Below are positions 61,152-64,000 of a stretch of DNA of 64,000 nt, one piece after another. A model generated the notes under the pieces. The model did not search any database and was not told where the DNA came from. It saw nothing but the letters and a program-made list of their open reading frames with translations. This DNA is from Verrucomicrobiia bacterium (GTDB lineage Bacteria > Verrucomicrobiota > Verrucomicrobiia > Palsa-1439): assembly GCA_041495285.1 (NCBI GenBank), contig JBGQCJ010000001.1, forward strand, positions 4,407-68,406, written 5' to 3'. The position numbers and the translations under genes are program-made. Numbering within the stretch: the first letter of the stretch is position 1; each line of letters starts with the position of its first letter.

Positions 61152-61538
61152 TCAGTTCTTCCCGGGCTCGGCCTTTTCGTCGCCTTCCCAACCCGCGGAC
61201 TTGGCGAACTTCTTGAACTGCCGCGCAACGAAAAGTGGATCGTCGGAAACTTCATCATGCAGATACTGTGCGATGAAGTCGGTAATCGTCGTTTCAAAGT
61301 CCTTCGTCGCATCGCCTTCGTAGAAGGAATCGTCGAGTTCTCGTCTGAGGGTGGCCTCAAGACTGTAGAGACAAAGCTCATATTCCAGTGGGCCGAAGAT
61401 CGTCGGGTCTTGAAACAACTCACCAATTGTCGAGGTGGGCTTTAGTCGAAGGCGACGGTTGGAGACCGTTTCGACAATCTTCAAGAACAGTTTAACTGGG
61501 TCATTCCCATCTAGTCTGTTAGTCGGGAGACGTTTCAT
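61152..61538 (-). CDS. Hypothetical acidic protein
   Basis: 128-aa ORF co-oriented with and 12 nt upstream of the UDG-like gene. Confidence 0.65.
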   Translation of the reverse strand: MKRLPTNRLDGNDPVKLFLKIVETVSNRRLRLKPTSTIGELFQDPTIFGPLEYELCLYSLEATLRRELDDSFYEGDATKDFETTITDFIAQYLHDEVSDDPLFVARQFKKFAKSAGWEGDEKAEPGKN

Positions 61539-61646
61539 TGGGATACAGTCATCAAAGCAGAACAGAGATTCGTTGACAAGCTCCGACTGTCACGAGTAGC
61601 CGGTGGAGGTTCTTCGTGTTAGACTTGGCTCGTTCGCATCGGAAAC

Positions 61647-61823
61647 ATGGTCGAGTACCTACGTCTGATCAAGACAGATTCGTTTACCAGCATCGCCAAT
61701 AACTGGCACAGGCCGGAGATGCTGGTCTTGATGGCCATTTTCAGCATTGTGATCACCGCTCCATTTCTGCGAATCTATTTCGGAAAGATCGGCTACCAAT
61801 ACGAGTGGTGCACCGACGCTTGA
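61647..61823 (+). pseudogene. Possible small membrane ORF or C-terminal remnant of a transporter
   Basis: MVEYLRL...EMLVLMAIFSIVITAPFLRIYFGK..., 58 aa with one TM helix. Confidence 0.3.
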
Positions 61824-61877
61824 CCACCCTGCAGCCGAGTCGCTGGAAATCGGATTCGTCAACGCGCACGCGGCCTG

Positions 61878-61907
61878 TTGACAGGGTGAAGGGCGTTGGC
61901 CTATACT
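61878..61907 (+). promoter_or_regulatory. sigma70 promoter of the acyl-ligase cluster
   Basis: TTGACA-N18-TATACT. Confidence 0.75.
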
Positions 61908-61931
61908 GCGCATGAACGTTGATTTGGTTGT

Positions 61932-63335
61932 ATGAATCTGACTGAGTTGCTCGACAGGCCCGCGAGCCGTTGGCCCCAGAAACCGGCGATCATTGAAGGC
62001 GATACCATCGTCTCCTACGCCATGCTCATCGAGAACGTCGCCGCGCTAACCTCGCAGCTTCAGGCTCTCCAGGTGCCGCCGGGCTGCCGCGTCGGGCTGT
62101 ATTACCCCAACAGCGTCACCTATATCGCGCTGACGTTCGCCCTGTGGCGGATCAACGCCGTGGTCGTCCCGATCCCCATGGAATGCACCGATGAGGAATT
62201 ATCCACCATCGCCGCGACCATGCGGTTGCAGGCAATCCTCAGCCAGAAGCCGCACGGGCAAGGCGTGCTGGTGCAGCCGCATTGTTTTCTCAGCACGCTG
62301 ACCCCGGTGCCTCTGCCGGACAATCACGGGCTGAACATCGCGTTCATCCGATTCACCTCCGGCACCACCAGCACGCGCAAGGGCGTCGTGCTGAGTCATG
62401 AAGCTGTTCGCGACCGCATCATGGCTGCCAACAAAGCCCTGCGCATCGGGCCAACCGACACGGTGATGTGGTGTCTACCGATGTCGCATCATTTTCTAGT
62501 GACCATCGTGCTGTACTTGAGCCAGGGAGCGACCATCGTGCTGGCACGGCACGTTTTGGCGCGGTCGTTTTTGGAAGCCGCCAATCGCTGGCACGGCACG
62601 GTGTTGTACGCCGCACCGTTTCACTACGCGTTGCTGGCGCGAGACGGTTCGGACGTGCGTCTCTCCTCGGTGCGACTAGCTGTGTCGACGACCTGCAGCT
62701 TGCCACAGGCGGTGGCGGAAGATTTTCATCAAAGATTCGGCCTGCCGCTGACGCAAGCGTTGGGCGTCATCGAACTGGGGTTGGTCTGCGTCAACGTGGA
62801 CGACCCGTCTGGCCGCCCGGATTCAGTGGGCCGTCCGCTGCCCGAGTACTCGGTCAACATCCGGGAGCCCGACAGCGATGGTTACGGCGAGGTCGTGGTC
62901 ACCGGGCCCGGTTTTTTTGACGCCTACGACAACCCGTGGACTCCGCGTGAACAGTTGATGTCTGACGGCTGGTTCGCCACCGGCGACATCGGTCGCATCG
63001 ACGCGCAAGGGTTTCTGTTTTTGGTCGGACGCAAGTCGGCGGTAATCAACGTGGCGGGACGAAAAGTGTTCCCCGATGAGATCGAACTCGTCTTGAATCG
63101 TCACCCGTCCGTGTGCGAATCGCGGGTGTACGGCACGACGCATCCACATCTGGGCGAGGCGGTTGAGGCGGACGTGGTGCTAAGCGCCGCCGTCGAGCCA
63201 GACGTTCTGCGCGATTTTTGTCGCGCACATCTCAGCGGGGGCAAGCTTCCCAGCCGCATCAACGTGGTTCGCGCCATCGCCAAAACCGCTGTGACCGGTA
63301 AGATCCGCCGCCCGGCCGCGCCTCCGGTTGTATGA
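61932..63335 (+). CDS. Adenylate-forming (ANL) acyl-CoA/acyl-ACP ligase
   Basis: FTSGTT...KGV, SVGRP, WFATGDIG, GRK, TGKIRR. Confidence 0.92.
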   Translation: MNLTELLDRPASRWPQKPAIIEGDTIVSYAMLIENVAALTSQLQALQVPPGCRVGLYYPNSVTYIALTFALWRINAVVVPIPMECTDEELSTIAATMRLQAILSQKPHGQGVLVQPHCFLSTLTPVPLPDNHGLNIAFIRFTSGTTSTRKGVVLSHEAVRDRIMAANKALRIGPTDTVMWCLPMSHHFLVTIVLYLSQGATIVLARHVLARSFLEAANRWHGTVLYAAPFHYALLARDGSDVRLSSVRLAVSTTCSLPQAVAEDFHQRFGLPLTQALGVIELGLVCVNVDDPSGRPDSVGRPLPEYSVNIREPDSDGYGEVVVTGPGFFDAYDNPWTPREQLMSDGWFATGDIGRIDAQGFLFLVGRKSAVINVAGRKVFPDEIELVLNRHPSVCESRVYGTTHPHLGEAVEADVVLSAAVEPDVLRDFCRAHLSGGKLPSRINVVRAIAKTAVTGKIRRPAAPPVV

Positions 63336-63598
63336 GCCAGCCGACACACATTCAGGTGCAGTTGCTAGAGTTTCTGCGCCGAGAAGTATTCAGTCCACAG
63401 ACCGCCGTCACGGAGGACACCGATTTGATCGCCAGCGGCTTCGATTCGTTGTCGCTGATGAGGCTGTTGCTGTTCATCGAGAAGACCTACGGCCTGTGGA
63501 TTCCCGAAGGCGAGATCACCGAAACTACGTTGAAAACCACGCGCAGCCTCGCCACGGTCGTCGTTCGCCTGATCGATGAGCGCCACACTCCGTCTTAA
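63332..63598 (+). CDS. Acyl/peptidyl carrier protein
   Basis: GFDSL phosphopantetheine motif; ATGA overlap with the ligase. Confidence 0.9.
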   Translation: MSQPTHIQVQLLEFLRREVFSPQTAVTEDTDLIASGFDSLSLMRLLLFIEKTYGLWIPEGEITETTLKTTRSLATVVVRLIDERHTPS

Positions 63599-64000
63599 CG
63601 GGTGCGACGCCTTGATGCTGGGGTTCGATTACGAACTCCGCCGTCGCGGGTTTGCAGGCAACTCCTGCCAGATCGTGTTGGAACTGTCGGCGAACATCGA
63701 TCCTGCCAGCTTGGAACGCCGCCTCGCTGCGCTGGCCCAACAATACCCGATCCTGCGCTCCCGCCCCGCGCGCGGCTTGACACCGTACTGGAAACCGACC
63801 CGCGCGCTGCCGCGCGTGCGCGTCCAAGCAAATGCAAACAGGCTTCGACAACAGCTATTCAATGAACCGCTCGACATCCGTCGCGGCGAACTGATTCGCT
63901 TCGATCTGATCGAGCGCACGTTGATTTTCACCTGGGCACACGCGCTCATGGACGCCAGCAGCGCCGTGTATTTTCTGGCGCTGGTCGGCAGCGACCGCGA
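63576..64000 (+). CDS. Condensation-domain/CoA-dependent acyltransferase-like protein (partial, runs off the right edge)
   Basis: Manual translation MSATLRLNGCD...YPILRSR...FTWAHALMDA contains HxxxD; open to the window end. Confidence 0.8.
   Translation, partial: MSATLRLNGCDALMLGFDYELRRRGFAGNSCQIVLELSANIDPASLERRLAALAQQYPILRSRPARGLTPYWKPTRALPRVRVQANANRLRQQLFNEPLDIRRGELIRFDLIERTLIFTWAHALMDASSAVYFLALVGSDR

Noticed and set aside
60344-61900. Intact integrative element or prophage at tRNA-Lys
   Set aside because: No integrase, att repeat or phage genes visible

Overview
GC-rich bacterial chromosome segment, most likely Verrucomicrobiota/PVC (inferred from gene content and order, not proven). It is mostly housekeeping: upp, apgM, corA plus a sigma54 two-component pair, tolC-lgt-rluD-udg, carA, mnmEG, coaD-yceD-rpmF-plsX-fabH, pyk, gdh, a peptide ABC transporter, pgk-tpiA-secG, gnd and tRNA-Lys(CTT). 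Four membrane GT-C glycosyltransferases are present, and an acyl-ligase/ACP/acyltransferase cluster begins at the right edge. Less ordinary features: (1) a 9-kb metal (probably Zn) uptake cluster in which each of two outer-membrane genes is preceded by a Cys/His-rich leader ORF ending in a stall-type motif (PPDPPPR, RAPP) whose codons are complementary to the downstream Shine-Dalgarno; (2) several REP/REPIN families, two copies lying in-frame inside enzymes; (3) a small TA-like operon apparently split into pieces 5 kb apart next to a perfect 114-bp duplication; (4) a pyrR'-'pyrC deletion/frameshift chimera behind an intact PyrR attenuator; (5) an AT-richer islet after tRNA-Lys encoding a UDG-superfamily-like protein and an unknown partner. 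No CRISPR array, rRNA, integrase or transposase was seen. Family assignments are from motif recognition only; no searches were run.
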